Below are positions 28,803 to 42,349 of a stretch of DNA of 64,000 nucleotides, one piece after another. The notes under the pieces were generated by a model. The model worked only from the letters and a program-made list of their open reading frames with translations. It did no database searches and was not told the DNA's origin. The stretch lies in assembly GCA_964016885.1 (NCBI GenBank), contig OZ024748.1, positions 58,776,001 to 58,840,000 on the forward strand, read 5' to 3'. Position numbers and translations under genes: made by a program. The DNA comes from Eledone cirrhosa. Lineage: Eukaryota. Positions within the stretch are counted from its first letter, which is position 1; every line of letters starts with the position of its first letter.

Positions 28803-29464
28803 AACTGGGAAATCTTTCTCGTACGTTTTAATGTACTTTCAAACTAAAGATTGTTGTGGATGACGATAAACAGAAATTGTTTCTATCTTCATGGATTGCT
28901 CATAAAACTGAAAACTTGATAAACCAAACTATTCAATTCTGGAGAACGAGACAAACTCTCCTATAACTTATTTACTGATAAAATGACCGATTCCATCACG
29001 AAACACCTCGATGTTTTGAAAGCATTTAATAACTTTCCTCATGGGGAATTTAGATGCGGTTGTTATGAGATTGCAAATTTGAAGATAATGCTTCAGATAT
29101 CATTCATTGTCTGATATGTGATCAAATTGTCACGTTTATTTCCCTCGAAGAAGTATCTAGTGTGTCATCGATAATGTATTAAATAAATCTATTATTCGTG
29201 CCATAGAATCCGGACAACTACTCTGTGTTACATCAACCAACATTAATGATAATTCTATAATTTCGATGAATTGTATTAGAAATAATAAATCTAAAACAAC
29301 ACCTGGCTAAATCTCAAATAAAAATTACTTACAAATAATTGGTGGAAATGTTGGGACGAGTGTTATAATAATCACGAAGGAAAAGATTATCTACAAAAGA
29401 ATACGAACCTTAATTCGTGTTCACAACTCGGTCATTTAGCAAATGTATGTACGGCATCAAACCA

Positions 29465-30030
29465 AAATAATGGTTTGATTCCGTACATACAGGCACAAGG
29501 CCAGTAATTTGGGGGAGGGGAAAGTCGATTAAATCGACCGCAGTGCGTGATTGGTACTTTATTTTATCGACCCCGTCGGAGGGATTTGAACTCAGATCAT
29601 AAAGGGCCGTAACTCTGTGCTGCAAAGCATGGCGTCCGACCCTCTACCGATACTGCCAATTAAACCAAAATAATAAAGATTATCTCTTTTCCTTCTTTAT
29701 TCTTGAGAGGATCCTGGAGACCAACCGAGATTAAGATAGCTACCCAACCATCTTACTCGTGGTCTACCACTGGGACTATTGCTGGCTGACTTAGAATCTT
29801 TCCAGTGATTCTCTTTCTTAGATATTCTAACACTATAATAATTGTTTCTACTTTTGGTACAAAGCCAGCAATAATACCAGTGTATTACTGGTACTTTATT
29901 TTATTGACCCCGTAAGGATGAAAGGCAAAGTTAACCTCGGCGGGATTTGAACTCAGACCATAAAGGACCGTAACTCTTTGCTGCAAAGCATGGCGTCAGA
30001 CCCTTTACCGATACTGCCAATCCACCGCCC
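29465..30030 (-). mobile_element. Dominant SINE, copies at 29465-29660 and 29836-30030
   Basis: Core and head motifs, near full length. Confidence 0.85.
29700..29822 (-). mobile_element. LINE 3' fragment, same family as 4310-4485
   Basis: Minus frame ERITGKIL...SGRPRVRWL. Confidence 0.45.
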
Positions 30031-30362
30031 TTCTAACAACATGATAATGATACTAAAAATAATAAATTCTAACTTAAATACAAGGCCAGTAATTTCTATA
30101 GAGAAAGTCAATTATACTGACTTCGGTAATTAGTTGGTACAATATTTTTATAGGTGCCAGAAGAATAAAGCGTTTAATTGACCACGGTGGTATTTGAACT
30201 TCAAACGTAAAGAACCGGAGAAAATGACAAATATGTGCTCGATTATCTAACGATTGTGCCAGTCCTGATTAAAATGTGTTTGCTAAAAATCATCATATCT
30301 AATATAAAAATTGCAAGTATATAAGAATCAAATTAGTTAGATATTGAAGATTCTCCGATATA

Positions 30363-31215
30363 CGAGATGTGTCAGAAAAGTTCCAGGACTGATCACAAAA
30401 GATTTATTTCAAACCCAAACTTCACACTGAGTTTTCTCCTTCAAAGTAATCCCCCTGGAGTCTAATGCACTTCTCCATCCTTTTCTGCCACGTTTGCATG
30501 CACTCCTGGAAAGATTCTTCCGGGATCCTCTGCAGTTCCGTCGTCACGGCTTTTTTGATGTCGTCCACGTCTTCCAAACGGGTCCCCACCCCCTCCGGGT
30601 CGTACTCGAAGATCCCTAACTCATCACCGGTGATGACTGTCCCTAGCAAGTCTGGTTCGGTTTCAAGACACTCGAGGATGTCCTGCCACATTTGCATGGG
30701 TCGACCCTTCTGGTCATCGTTCAACAGTTTTGGCACCCTCTTCGCGCAGACTTTCCGCATGTCCAAATCTTCAGTGAGAATCTTCTAGACGCTGTCCCGA
30801 TTCATGCCAAGCTCATTTGCCATCAGTCGAACAGTCAGCCGACGATCGGTACGCACCATCTGCCTGACGCGCTCAACGTTGACCTCAGTCCTGGTTGTTG
30901 AGGGCCTTCCGCTCCTGGGATCCTCTTCCACGTCCTCGCGTCCTTCTTTAAACCTCTTGCACCACTCGAAAACACGTGAGCGTGACATCGGAGTTTTCAA
31001 GTTTGTTCGTTGCTCTGTGCTCATTGCTTGACGACCCGAAACAGAGGACATGTATATAAAATTATGAAGAAAAAGGTTTGATCGCTGCAGAGAGCTAAGA
31101 TTACAGTTACATACTCCAGGGGGATTACTTTGAAGGAGGAAACTCTTAGTGTGAAGTTTGCGTTTGAAATAAGTCTTTTGTGACATCAGTCCTGGAACTT
31201 TTCTGACACACCTCG
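30363..31215 (-). mobile_element. Mariner-family DNA transposon, internally deleted
   Basis: TA-flanked TIRs cgag(a/g)tgtgtcagaaaagttccaggactgat. Transposase remnants MSRSRVFEWCKRFKEGREDVEEDPRSGRPST, RKVCAKRVPKLL, VITGDE.GIFEYDPE, QTWQKRMEKCIRLQGDYFEG. The central catalytic region is deleted. Confidence 0.92.
30422..31024 (-). pseudogene. Mariner transposase pseudogene (stop codon and internal deletions)
   Basis: ORFs 30785-31186 and 30422-30766 are in the same frame, separated by a TAG. The HDNA/YSPDLAP region is missing. Confidence 0.85.
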
Positions 31216-32249
31216 TATATTAAAAATTTATAGCAAGAAATTTTGTATGAATAAATTTTTATATTTTGACTCAAATCAATAATAAATTTGTTAAAATCGA
31301 ATTAGGTATTATTACTTAGATTGTTTTTTTTAAACATACATCTATCGAACCTTCACAATTTGAACCGATTTGACAAAATTAAAAGCTTATTTTAATTATA
31401 AAAAAATCTGAATTCCGATTAAAAGAAAATATTAAACATTAAATATCTAAATTGGAATTAAACCACAATAAAATTTAAAGGCGGCCGTTATTGATTCTGA
31501 AATGGAATACATTTTATTCTTACACACGTTTTACTGGTACCTGTCATTTGCTGGAAACCATGCCGAGGCACTGGTTAAAACCGTTTAATAAATCACCGCT
31601 ATCTATACCTCTCATTATTACTTATATTTCTGCATAGTGTGGATTGGCAGAGGTGTTAGAGCGTCGAACCCATGTTTAGTAATATTTGTTCTGGCTATTC
31701 ATTTTTCAGTTCAAATTTCGCCGAGTTCAATTTTGCCTTTCGTCCTTTCGAAATCGATAAAAAACACAAGGGTCGGATGAAACGTTTCTAGGCTGACCAG
31801 AATAGTGTCATGGAATGACCAAATGAGGTTTATTTTCAAAATAGTCCCAGGAAAGGAACATTGCAGTTATTAATAAAAAGAGTTGAAATTAATGTATGCA
31901 AGATTTCACAGCTCTACCATCACTCCTTCATAGTCAGCCTATGAACTATTCAGCCCACTCTCCTAGTACTAGTCAAGTACGGGGATCGATATAATCGACT
32001 TTCCCATCCCTTCCCCAAATATTTCTGGCCTTGTGATAACTCAACTGATTTGAATATTAGAAATAAAATTACAAAATTATATGCCAAATATTTCAAAGAC
32101 ATTTTTACCAGGCTTGGGTCATTTCCCAAAATTCCAGGCCAAATATACAACTAACTCTTGGAGTGATACTTGTTTCTTGAAAGGCCAGATCATTCCCATT
32201 TTTAATAAAATATGAATAGAATCGATACAATTGTAATAAACATTGCTAC

Positions 32250-32720
32250 ACCATTCACTATATTTTGAGGATTTTAACAGCAAAGTTTGCATCTATTGGG
32301 ATTTAAAAAACCACCATAAAAAAACAGACGGAAGAATATCCAGATAAGTTGAATTATTTCATAAATTAGAGAGTGGGTGTAAAAGAAAAACGTCGTCGTA
32401 ATGAATTTGAAAGATGCATAGTTACAGCTCATGTTAACCGGCGATTCATAACAGCTCTCTATGATAATTACATCGCATTTTGTACAGGTTCAAACAAATG
32501 TCATTCGGAATATCTTGCTATATTTCCATAATTCAACGATAGAATGCCTCTAGAATAAAGCAATGTTTCACTTATCTGGGCGATATCAATTTCAATGGAT
32601 TATGGTTTTTGAATGCCAAGGAGGAGAATGCAATATTTTTACGCAAAGAAATGAATTATCTTGGTTTTAATATCAGTGCATCGTCTTCAATTTTACCCGG
32701 AGAAAAATGTCAGGAATTTA
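32250..32720 (+). pseudogene. Decayed Ty3/Gypsy reverse transcriptase fragment
   Basis: Colinear motifs across frameshifts: NLKDA*LQL (32404), LYRFKQMSFGIS, AIF, TYLGDI (YLDD; 32573), FLRKEMNYLGFNISA. Confidence 0.72.
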
Positions 32721-34274
32721 CGGATTCAAAAAGTTGCGGATGATGTATTACTTTTGAAAGACGGACATTATTGAACGTTCATTCAAAGCATGGATAACCT
32801 TCATTAAATATTCCCTATCTCATTTGAAATTCATTCTCGTTCTCACAGCTCTTAATACTCAGAACCAATGATTTGTTTCCAGCAACGACACTATTGTTCA
32901 TAAAATGGGATTTAAAATAACCGTAATCAGTGATTGCATATTCTTTAACAACTTATGAAATCATAAAAGCGGCGTTGAGATATATTGTGTGACTTGGGCA
33001 TTTAAAAACCGGGAGAGGCGCATACCACTCCAAATTTGATCACAGTCGAGTTCTTCCAGAGAAAGAAAAAAGAGCTGACCGCGATAGTGGACAGGTACTT
33101 TATTCAAACCTACCAACTTCTAAAAACCCAAACTGGGAGTACCATCAACAAATGTGCCCCCAAAATGGGGATAAATGAGGCAAAAGGAGGAGATTATACA
33201 TAATGAAAGCCATACCTATTTTCACAATAGAAGACATCTCTCACTCACCCCAAAGTGAGTGGGAGTTCTCCCCGTCGAACGGAAGGAATTGCTAGGTTGG
33301 TTTATTTATCTAACTCGCAATGAAATAAAGTAAAGTTGGTCCCGGTGGGATCTGAACTTAATGCATAAAGAGCCCTAATGACTCAGCCGAATCGTTACTT
33401 AGAGAATATAATATATAAAAGATACAGAATGTGTAAACTAAAATAGATTTTTAAACTTTTACAAGAATTCCTGAACTGCAATACGAATTAAAGGAAAGAG
33501 AAAAATATTTGGCAACTTAGTGTGTAGTCAAGAGTCAGGCTGATCAAGCTACGCGTAAGATTAGATTTGCCATATATTCTTGGAGTTGCTAAGCAACAAA
33601 CAAGTTGAGAGTGAAGCAGAAGGTCTGAAATATATCAAGCAGAATGAAAATTCTATAGAGGAAAACTAAGTGATTCATAAGAACATAGAAAACAACAGGA
33701 GAAAAGTAATTTAAAAACAACTTGAATTGGTATGCTACATTGAAATACCAAAGGAAAAAGATTGACAAAATTGAGCCCAAGAAAGAAGTAGTTAGGCGAA
33801 TATATATATATGTGTGTGTGTGGTTGTGTGTGTGTGTATTTATAAGATGGGGAATTTTCACTTTAAAATGTTTTTATTCTATATCAAACGTTATATGCGC
33901 TTCGCAGGCGATCGGCTCAAGTTCGTAATGGATATGATAAATATGAATCCACTATCGATCTGCTCATCATTTAGATTTAAATCAAAATATTTCTTAAAGT
34001 TACACGCCTGACGTATAGATGCATACTGCAGCTAGGTCAGTCATATTGATTAAGAACTCGAGCGTAACATTACATCTGCGAAACATATGTAATGTTCGGT
34101 ATGGAATAAAGGAATTTTATAGGGGAACTTCATTATCTCATACATAATGTATATACTCTGCTGATTAAAAGCATACAACACACAGACACTGCGAGAAAAA
34201 AACATTTCTTTGGGATCATCATTTTTATGTAACAGCATTGAGTGCTCATATTTATCAGCAAACATTACTAAATA

Positions 34275-34331
<57 letters not shown>

Positions 34332-34440
34332 AGAGGATAGATACGTTTATACAGACAGATATATGTATATATGTGTGTGTGTCTCTGTGCGTGCGCGCCT
34401 ATACATACATAATTATATAAATCTATGTATATATGTGTTT

Positions 34441-34472
<32 letters not shown>

Positions 34473-35364
34473 TATATACATACTGGCTTTGTGCAGTGCC
34501 TTTGCTCACTATAAAAGCTCCACGGCACAGGCATTGCTTTATATCTGGAGATCTCTCTGCACTTGTCGTCACATGATACCTTAGGCCCAGCACTATGTGT
34601 CAATAGTTGTCACAAGTGTAGTGTTTGTACCAGAGTTTTCAAGTCGCTGGCTGGACTAAAAAGTCACACTCGTTCAGCGCATCGCTAAGGGTTCTCCTAC
34701 ATGGATATAAAGTAGTGGCCGTACTCGAAAACGAGTTGGCAGCCACCATATATATATATATGTGTTTGTATATATGTGTGTGTATGTTCGTATTTATATA
34801 TGCATGTATTCATGTATCTGTGTATATATGTAGGTATGTATGAATGTATGCATTTTTCTATGTATGTACGTACGCGTGTATGTTTAATGGACATACGTGT
34901 GTAAGTATGTATGTACGTATGCATGTTTAATAGACATACGTGTATGTATGTATGTATGTATGTACGCATGTATGTATGCATGTGTGTATGTATCTATGTA
35001 TGTATGTGTATATATAGGAATAATCTTTAATTCTTCTGTATCGCTATACCTATCTCCTCTGCACTTGGTTTAGCAAACTTTGAGAAGCTCAAAACTCATT
35101 TTTTTTTTTTTATGTTGATTTTTTTTATTTTATTTTGTATTGTTGTTTATGGTAATGTTGTAGTTGCTTCTGTGTTGTTTGTTGGTTATTTTGTCTGTTT
35201 TTGTTGTTTTGAAAAGATGAAAAAATTATGAGAAGGAAAAACATTTGCACAATGATTTATATAGAAGGGCGACACATGATATATAATTTATATACTCACA
35301 TGTAAGTATATGTTTATACATATGGCTACTTATCAGCTCTCTCCACCTCCCCCCCCCCTCTCTC

Positions 35365-35395
<31 letters not shown>

Positions 35396-35417
35396 TATAT
35401 ATATATTTATATATATT

Positions 35418-35523
35418 TAATTGTTTCTATTTTATGGGACAAGGCCAGCAATTATGCCAGTGCATTACTGGTACTTTATTTTATCGACCCAGTAAGGATG
35501 AAAGGTAAAGTTAACCTCTTATG

Positions 35524-35563
<40 letters not shown>

Positions 35564-36680
35564 GTACGTGTGTTTATATATACAAATATTTACGTATATC
35601 TATATATGTAGATATATACATATATATCAATGTGCGTGTGCGTGTACATACATATGTACTTTGTGTATGTGTACATATTTGTGTGTGTGTGTGCATATAC
35701 ATATTCATGTAAATATGTATATATTTGTGTGCGTGTGTGTCTATGTATAATGTGTATATGTATATCTATATGGATATGTGTAGATGTTTCAATGTATATA
35801 TTCATGTATGTAAGATTCTACCGTACATAAATAAAAGCAATATGAATGTTTGTGTTGTGGTAATATTGATATCCATCCTAGTAGATCTAAAGATATATTT
35901 GGGGGTTTTAGCTTAAAATATTTCACATTTTCCTCCAGGGATACACAGTTTAATCTTTTCTCTATTTCTATAACAACGCAAAATTTCCAACTATTCGTAA
36001 ATTCGCTTGCACGTAATAATTTTCTTTCTTTCGGTTTTTTTTTTTTTCTGCTTTGTCTGAAGAATTATACTTATAATTTTTAAGATCGTAAAACTCAAGA
36101 TTGCTACTAAAAATTAAAAATAACATCCTTGCGTATCGTTCTTGTATAAGTAGAGTTAGTGACGGCCATACTACCATGGCGACAGACAAAGATAGATATT
36201 TGTAGAAGTTGTATATATATGAATATGTTAGATGTGCATTTTTATTTATAGATAGAAACACACATGGGGTTATTAGGCTGTTGCTTGCTAACGAATCGAA
36301 CATTAAGAATCGTGTATACTTTTGGCACAAGGCCACCAATTACACCAGTGCATTACTGGTGCTTTAATTTCTCTATCCCGTAAGGGTGAAAGGCAAAGTT
36401 AACCTTAACCTCGGTGGGATTTGAACTCAGACCGTAAAGGGCCGTAATTCTATGCTGCAAAGTATGGCGTCTGACCCTCTACCGATACTTAATAATTGTT
36501 TAAACTTTTGGCACAAGGCCAGCAATTACTCCAGTGCATTACTGGTACTTTATTTTATCGACCCCGTGAGGATGAAAGGCAAAGTTAACCTCGGCGGGAT
36601 TTGAACTCAGACCGTAAAGGGGCATAAATCTATGCTGCAAACATGACGTCCGACTCTACCGATACTGCCAATCCATCACC
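35418..36680 (-). mobile_element. Dominant SINE, copies at 35418-35517, 36318-36489 and 36492-36680
   Basis: Core and head motifs; the last two are head-to-tail. Confidence 0.82.
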
Positions 36681-36698
36681 GATACTTAATAATATTGT

Positions 36699-36739
<41 letters not shown>

Positions 36740-37463
36740 CTGATGCATGTATATATGTGTATATGTATAGATAAATAAATATATATAGATGTCTGTGTGT
36801 GTATGCCAGTACAATCTCTTTAACCAATACATATATGTATATATTTATTATTTTCATATTTATACAATCACATCTTTATACTTTAACCACCACCACCACA
36901 ACTATTTTCAACAATCATATTATGTTCACTTTTTTGCACACACACATATATATTATTTTTACTTATATTTTTTATCATCTTCATTCTAACTTATTTATTT
37001 TTATTTTTTATTTTTTATTTTTCTCTCTCTTTTTCTTTTTCTTTCTCTTTTTCTTTCTTTTTTCTTTCTCTTTTTCTTTCTTTTTTTTCTTTCTCTTTTT
37101 CTTTCTTTTTCTTTTTTTTTCTTTCTTTTTTACAAACGCCATGTATAATTTTAATCAGTTATTCTGATGATTTGATTAGGCATACATTGTATTTAAAATT
37201 GAGTGACACAACTTCAAGTGATTAGCAATTTTTAGACACCCTAATCAATGAAACAATTGTTAATACTGTAAATAAAACCCTTTTTGTACTGTTGACCATG
37301 TTATTCTTCACTCTTTCACTATTATTACTCCAAGATTAACCTGCATAGGAATTCCCGAGAACTCGCCACCTAACTAAAGAAACAACGCCGTACGTTAAAA
37401 CTATCCACAATACGGAGTACTCACAACCTCTAACTGGATTACCTATAACGATAATTTGTTATC

Positions 37464-37509
<46 letters not shown>

Positions 37510-38088
37510 CTATGTTTGTGACTGTGTATGAATGTGTTTGTGACTGTGTCTGCGTATATGTGTGTATGTATATATGTTTCTCGGTTTGTTACAAGTACAG
37601 TTATTCAAAAATATGACATAAAACAACGACGCCGTAAATCCGATCTGTTATAGATCAATATACTTGACATTCGATGCCTAGCAAATATTTCCGATATTCA
37701 GTATAGTATTCACTTCAATGTCCTTTGTTGAATTCAAATCACTAATGTGACAGCTAAGCAGAAACAAAGTTGGCAAACTACAGTTTAAAATAGCCTTAGC
37801 AATATTAATAATAACGATAACAACAATCATTGTTATTGCTAGTATTATTATGTCGGCTCTTGTGGCTAAATGAAATCATTATTATTATTATTATTATATT
37901 TCCACAAGGTGTCTTGAGATTTCTTCTTACATGACATGTGCATAATTCTGAAATATAATGGTACACAAGAAATTCTGCAATTTGATTTGTGACATTAAGC
38001 AAATAAACTTTGAGTGAAAAAGAGAGAGATAAATCAATCTCTCTCTTTCACTCAATCTCTCTCTCTTTCACTCAATCTCTCTCTCTCT

Positions 38089-38130
<42 letters not shown>

Positions 38131-38250
38131 CAGACAGACAGAGAATATATATAAGACCTATGACATCGACATTGACATATGTTCCTGTTGTCACATGATG
38201 AAAGCTATGGGGACTGCATCCGTTGAGATGAGACTGTTAATAATAATAAT

Positions 38251-38938
38251 GTGATTTTAGTAAGTAAGTTAATTTTATAATTTTCTTATTTTACGTCTCT
38301 CATATTATTGTTCTGCAACTCCATGCATTGAACCACAATGTTACTAAGACAAAACCTATATATTTGCTAGCATTGATATGCATCTGTATGTATATATATG
38401 TTACTAGATATTAATTCTTTATAATTATCTCCAAATTATTTGTCGAGCAATATTGGCCATGACTGCTGCTATGGTAGTAGGCAGGCCGCTGTCTTATTAG
38501 CAAACCACTTTCCACTGATTGACCTCGATGTCACGTGATTGATTCTTTTTGAATTTGTCACAGACGCAGAGTCAGAGATTTTCTCAATGGCTAGGAGTTC
38601 AGTCCACGCTTTGCTATTTCCTATCCACTGAATTATTTTTTAATAAGTTTCCAGAGTCCTCACTTTGCCTGGAAACTTAGATGAGAATAGACTTCCCTGA
38701 CGACGGAATGTTTCTCAATATCTTCTTCGGAAAATATATTTACTCCATTCCAGAAACTAATTAGTTGGAAGTGATATTTTAGTAAGTAAGTTAATTTTAT
38801 AATTTTCTTATTTTACGTCTCTCATATTATTGTTTTGCAACCCCATGCATTGAACCACAATGTTACTAAGACAAAACCTATATATTTGCTAGCATTGATA
38901 TGCATCTGTATGTATATATATGTTACTAGATATTAATT

Positions 38939-38944
<6 letters not shown>
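38251..38944 (+). mobile_element. Non-autonomous hammerhead-bearing element (family B), about 1.3 units of a ~520-nt monomer
   Basis: 38251-38422 is a near-identical direct repeat of 38771-38944. The repeat starts a few nt after the predicted cleavage site (38766). The element ends in (TA)n. Confidence 0.72.
38691..38772 (+). ncRNA. Type-I hammerhead ribozyme (family B)
   Basis: acttcc-CTGACGA-c-ggaatg...cattcc-a-GAAA-ctaattag-TT|ggaagt. Perfect 6-bp stem I, 6-bp stem II with long loop, palindromic stem III ACTAATTAGT. Confidence 0.82.
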
Positions 38945-38998
<54 letters not shown>

Positions 38999-38999
38999 A

Positions 39000-39110
39000 A
39001 ATAAAATGAAAACGAAATTTCATTTCTCACTCTTAGTACGGCACTTACTTAAATGTAAGTATGTGTGTATACGTACATACATATATGTATACAGACGTAC
39101 AGTAGCATGC

Positions 39111-39141
<31 letters not shown>

Positions 39142-39285
39142 CAGGTACACATACATATATGCACGTATCAGTTTAGCGGACGCTTATTATAACGCCGTTT
39201 TGTTCGTTTGTAAACAAACTGAACAGCCTGAATTTTATGCCTGTATACATATATGTATGTACGTATACACACATACTTACATATA
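39000..39285. mobile_element. Family C element, copy 3 (truncated before the ribozyme)
   Basis: Shares gaaatttcattt(c)..cactcttagtacggc... with 16373 ff. Internal inversion at about 39054-39095 / 39241-39283. Flanked by (TA)n. Confidence 0.7.
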
Positions 39286-39307
39286 TATATATATATATAT
39301 ATATACA

Positions 39308-39375
<68 letters not shown>

Positions 39376-39431
39376 AGGAGTGTAACGTGGAGTTACTGTA
39401 GGTTCACAAGTGTAGAGCTAGAAAGAGTGTA

Positions 39432-39530
39432 TTAACTTTGCCTTTCATCCTTACGGGGTCGATAAAATAAAGTACCAGTAATGCACTGGGTAATTGCTGG
39501 CCTTGTGCCTAAAGTAGAAACAATTATAAT
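39432..39530 (+). mobile_element. Dominant SINE, 3' half (another at 40794-40870)
   Basis: Core motif and tail. Interrupts a repeat that is uninterrupted at 21770-21850. Confidence 0.8.
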
Positions 39531-39624
39531 AAAATAAAGGACGAGTGGTTACTCCTTCATTAGGTTTATTGGTTGGTGACGCGCGTCTAGCTACTAATTG
39601 CTACGAAAACTGTGTGGAAACCTG

Positions 39625-39676
<52 letters not shown>

Positions 39677-39977
39677 ATGTGTGCCCACACAGACATTCAT
39701 GAGCACGGGTGTGTGCATGGGTCGATGTATTTGTCTGAGCATGTATGAGTGGAGGTACGGATGACACTCCATGGATTTTTCTTTTCCCATCTGTCTATAT
39801 ATGTGTGCGGCGTCTTGGCTATGCACACTCCCCTGAGTCCAGTGTGTGAGTGGAATGGGGTCTATTTGTTGAAAACACCTTTGATATAGCCCCTCCGTTT
39901 GAATGGCTGTTGAAAGCTTTTTTTTTTTAAACGTTCTTGCTACAGGTTCTTTCTTTTTCTTTTTCCTTTTCTTTTTG

Positions 39978-40399
39978 AAATATGTATGGCAGAGTGAATC
40001 CTAAGGCTGTGTCCTACTAATGTTACGCTAAATATGTATGGGGGAGTGTATCCTAAGGCTGTGTCCTACTAATGTTACGCTAAATATGTATGGTGGAGTG
40101 AATCCTAAGGTTGTGTCCTACAAATGTTACGCTAAATATGTACGGTGGAGTGAATCCTAAGGTTGTGTCCTACTAATGTTACGCTAAATATGTATGGCGG
40201 AGTGTATCCTAAGGCTGTGTCCTACAAATGTTACGCTAAATATGTATGGCGGAGTGTATCCTAAGGCTGTGTCCTACAAATGTTATGCTAAATATGTATG
40301 GCGGAGTGTATCCAAAGGCTGTGTCCTACAAATGTTATGCTAAATATGTATGGCGGAGTGTATCCTAAGGCTGTGTCCTACAAATGTTACGCTAAATAT
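39978..40399. repeat. 52-bp minisatellite, 8 units
   Basis: Unit aaatatgtatggcggagtgtatcctaaggctgtgtcctacaaatgttacgct starts at 39978, 40030, 40082 ... 40342. No spacers. Confidence 0.95.
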
Positions 40400-41008
40400 C
40401 CCCAGGATTTGTTGTTGTTTTTTTAATTCCCGCAAAACATTATTTATGATGAATGCCGCATACAGCATAATGGCGGGTGTGTACCTGACCGATGTAGACT
40501 AAGGCCCCTAGGGGTAATGAAGACGTCGAAGTGATGCCAGCCGTTGAAGATTACAGCCCCTTTCCCACCGTAGTAGTAATTCTGATATATGAAGAAATTT
40601 TGATTGACAGGTGGAGAACGAGAGGAAGCAAGATGTGGGCAACCCTGAGTGGCTAGAAATACCGGTGACGTGTACCGTTCTTGACCACTCATAGAATGAC
40701 AACAACAGAAGAAATTCAATGTTAAAGGACTATAGGAAAATCTGCTTTGTAGAATCGAATAAAGCCAAATCTTTAGAATATTATGTTACCATTACGGGGT
40801 CGATAAAATAAAGTACCAGTGATACACTGGGATAATTGCTGGCCTTGTGCCAAAAAGTAGAAGCAATTATGTTACCATTAGCAATTGAAATACGAATGGA
40901 ATAGAAGTTTCCTTCATTCGTACTGCACCTTGCAAGTATCTCCTCAGGTTATCCAATGATTGACAGTAAAACTTGATACCTACGAAAACTGTGTGGAAAC
41001 ATGTTGTA

Positions 41009-41060
<52 letters not shown>

Positions 41061-41125
41061 TATTATGTGTGTGTGTGTATATGTAGCTAGTCTCACACGT
41101 CGTTCAAATGTAAGCACTGTTATCA

Positions 41126-41182
<57 letters not shown>

Positions 41183-41860
41183 GAGAGAGAGAGAGGAGTA
41201 CATTTATATTTGTATGTATAAATATATATATACACACACACGCGTGTGTGTGGGGGGTGGGGGTTATGAGTGGTAGTGGTTAGAGATATATATTTAGATA
41301 GATACTTTTTATATATATATGAGAGAGAAGTATATATATTTTGCGTTTCGCTTCGCTTTTCCTGCCCGCCGAAATGCGATTCTCGCTGAATCTTTATTTG
41401 TATTAATCTCCCGTGTCTTACAATTAACTTGTTAATAATTTCTATTGACAGGTTAATTGTATAAGTTTATTTTAAAACCACTCGGTTGAGAACTTATTCG
41501 ATTTGTGCTATTTATGCTATTTTTTGCATGAATTACACTTACTGAATTACTTTGCCAAAATTTTGGGGTTATTCCCCTTGAGATTTCCACACGTGGTTTA
41601 ACTTACCATTGTGTCATTCACTTATTTGGTACAGAGCGAAATACCTGTTGATAACGTGATATTCCTTGTTCGATCATTCTACCCAAAGCTTATATTTTTA
41701 AGCAGACGGTATTTTGATTTAGGTGTCACAGAAACTCTACATCGGATTTTAACAGCAATTCCGGGAGTCCAGGTCTGGTTATCATTTATTTTGTTTTGAC
41801 CTGTTTAGCTTGATTTGGTTTTTGGCTTGGGTGGTTAATGCCTTCTTGACCACCTTTTCA

Positions 41861-41924
<64 letters not shown>

Positions 41925-42349
41925 GTGTGTGTAAATCATGATAGAAACAGTTTAAATCTAGTTAGATTACTCAACAGAGTACTCGATATTTGTGGTAGGC
42001 GATATTATTAAAAAAAGTCCATCATAAGTCAGTTTTTGTCTTTGTATCTTTTTGTTTTGTTTCATCGTTGGTTTATTTTTGTTTTTGTTATTTTGCTTAT
42101 ATCTGACTCGGGCTCTTTACAGAAAAACAGAAAGTACAAAGGAATACCTGAAGATGCAACTGTTCAAACTGACACCAGTGCAATTATCGAACCTGGAAAG
42201 ATGAAACGCAATGTGTGTTACCTTCGGCGCAATTTGAACTCGTAAGGTAAGTAATATATTTGATTCCGTCCAAAATTTTGTTTCATGTTTTAACCATTTG
42301 GGCATCAACTGATATTTCATTATTTATTGATCCTGAAAGACTAAGAGAG

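Noticed and set aside
31768-31850. Second mariner-like terminus
   Set aside because: One short degenerate end only, with no partner TIR identified.
39978-40399. Possible CRISPR array
   Set aside because: Units are contiguous with no unique spacers, there are no cas genes, and the context is eukaryotic.
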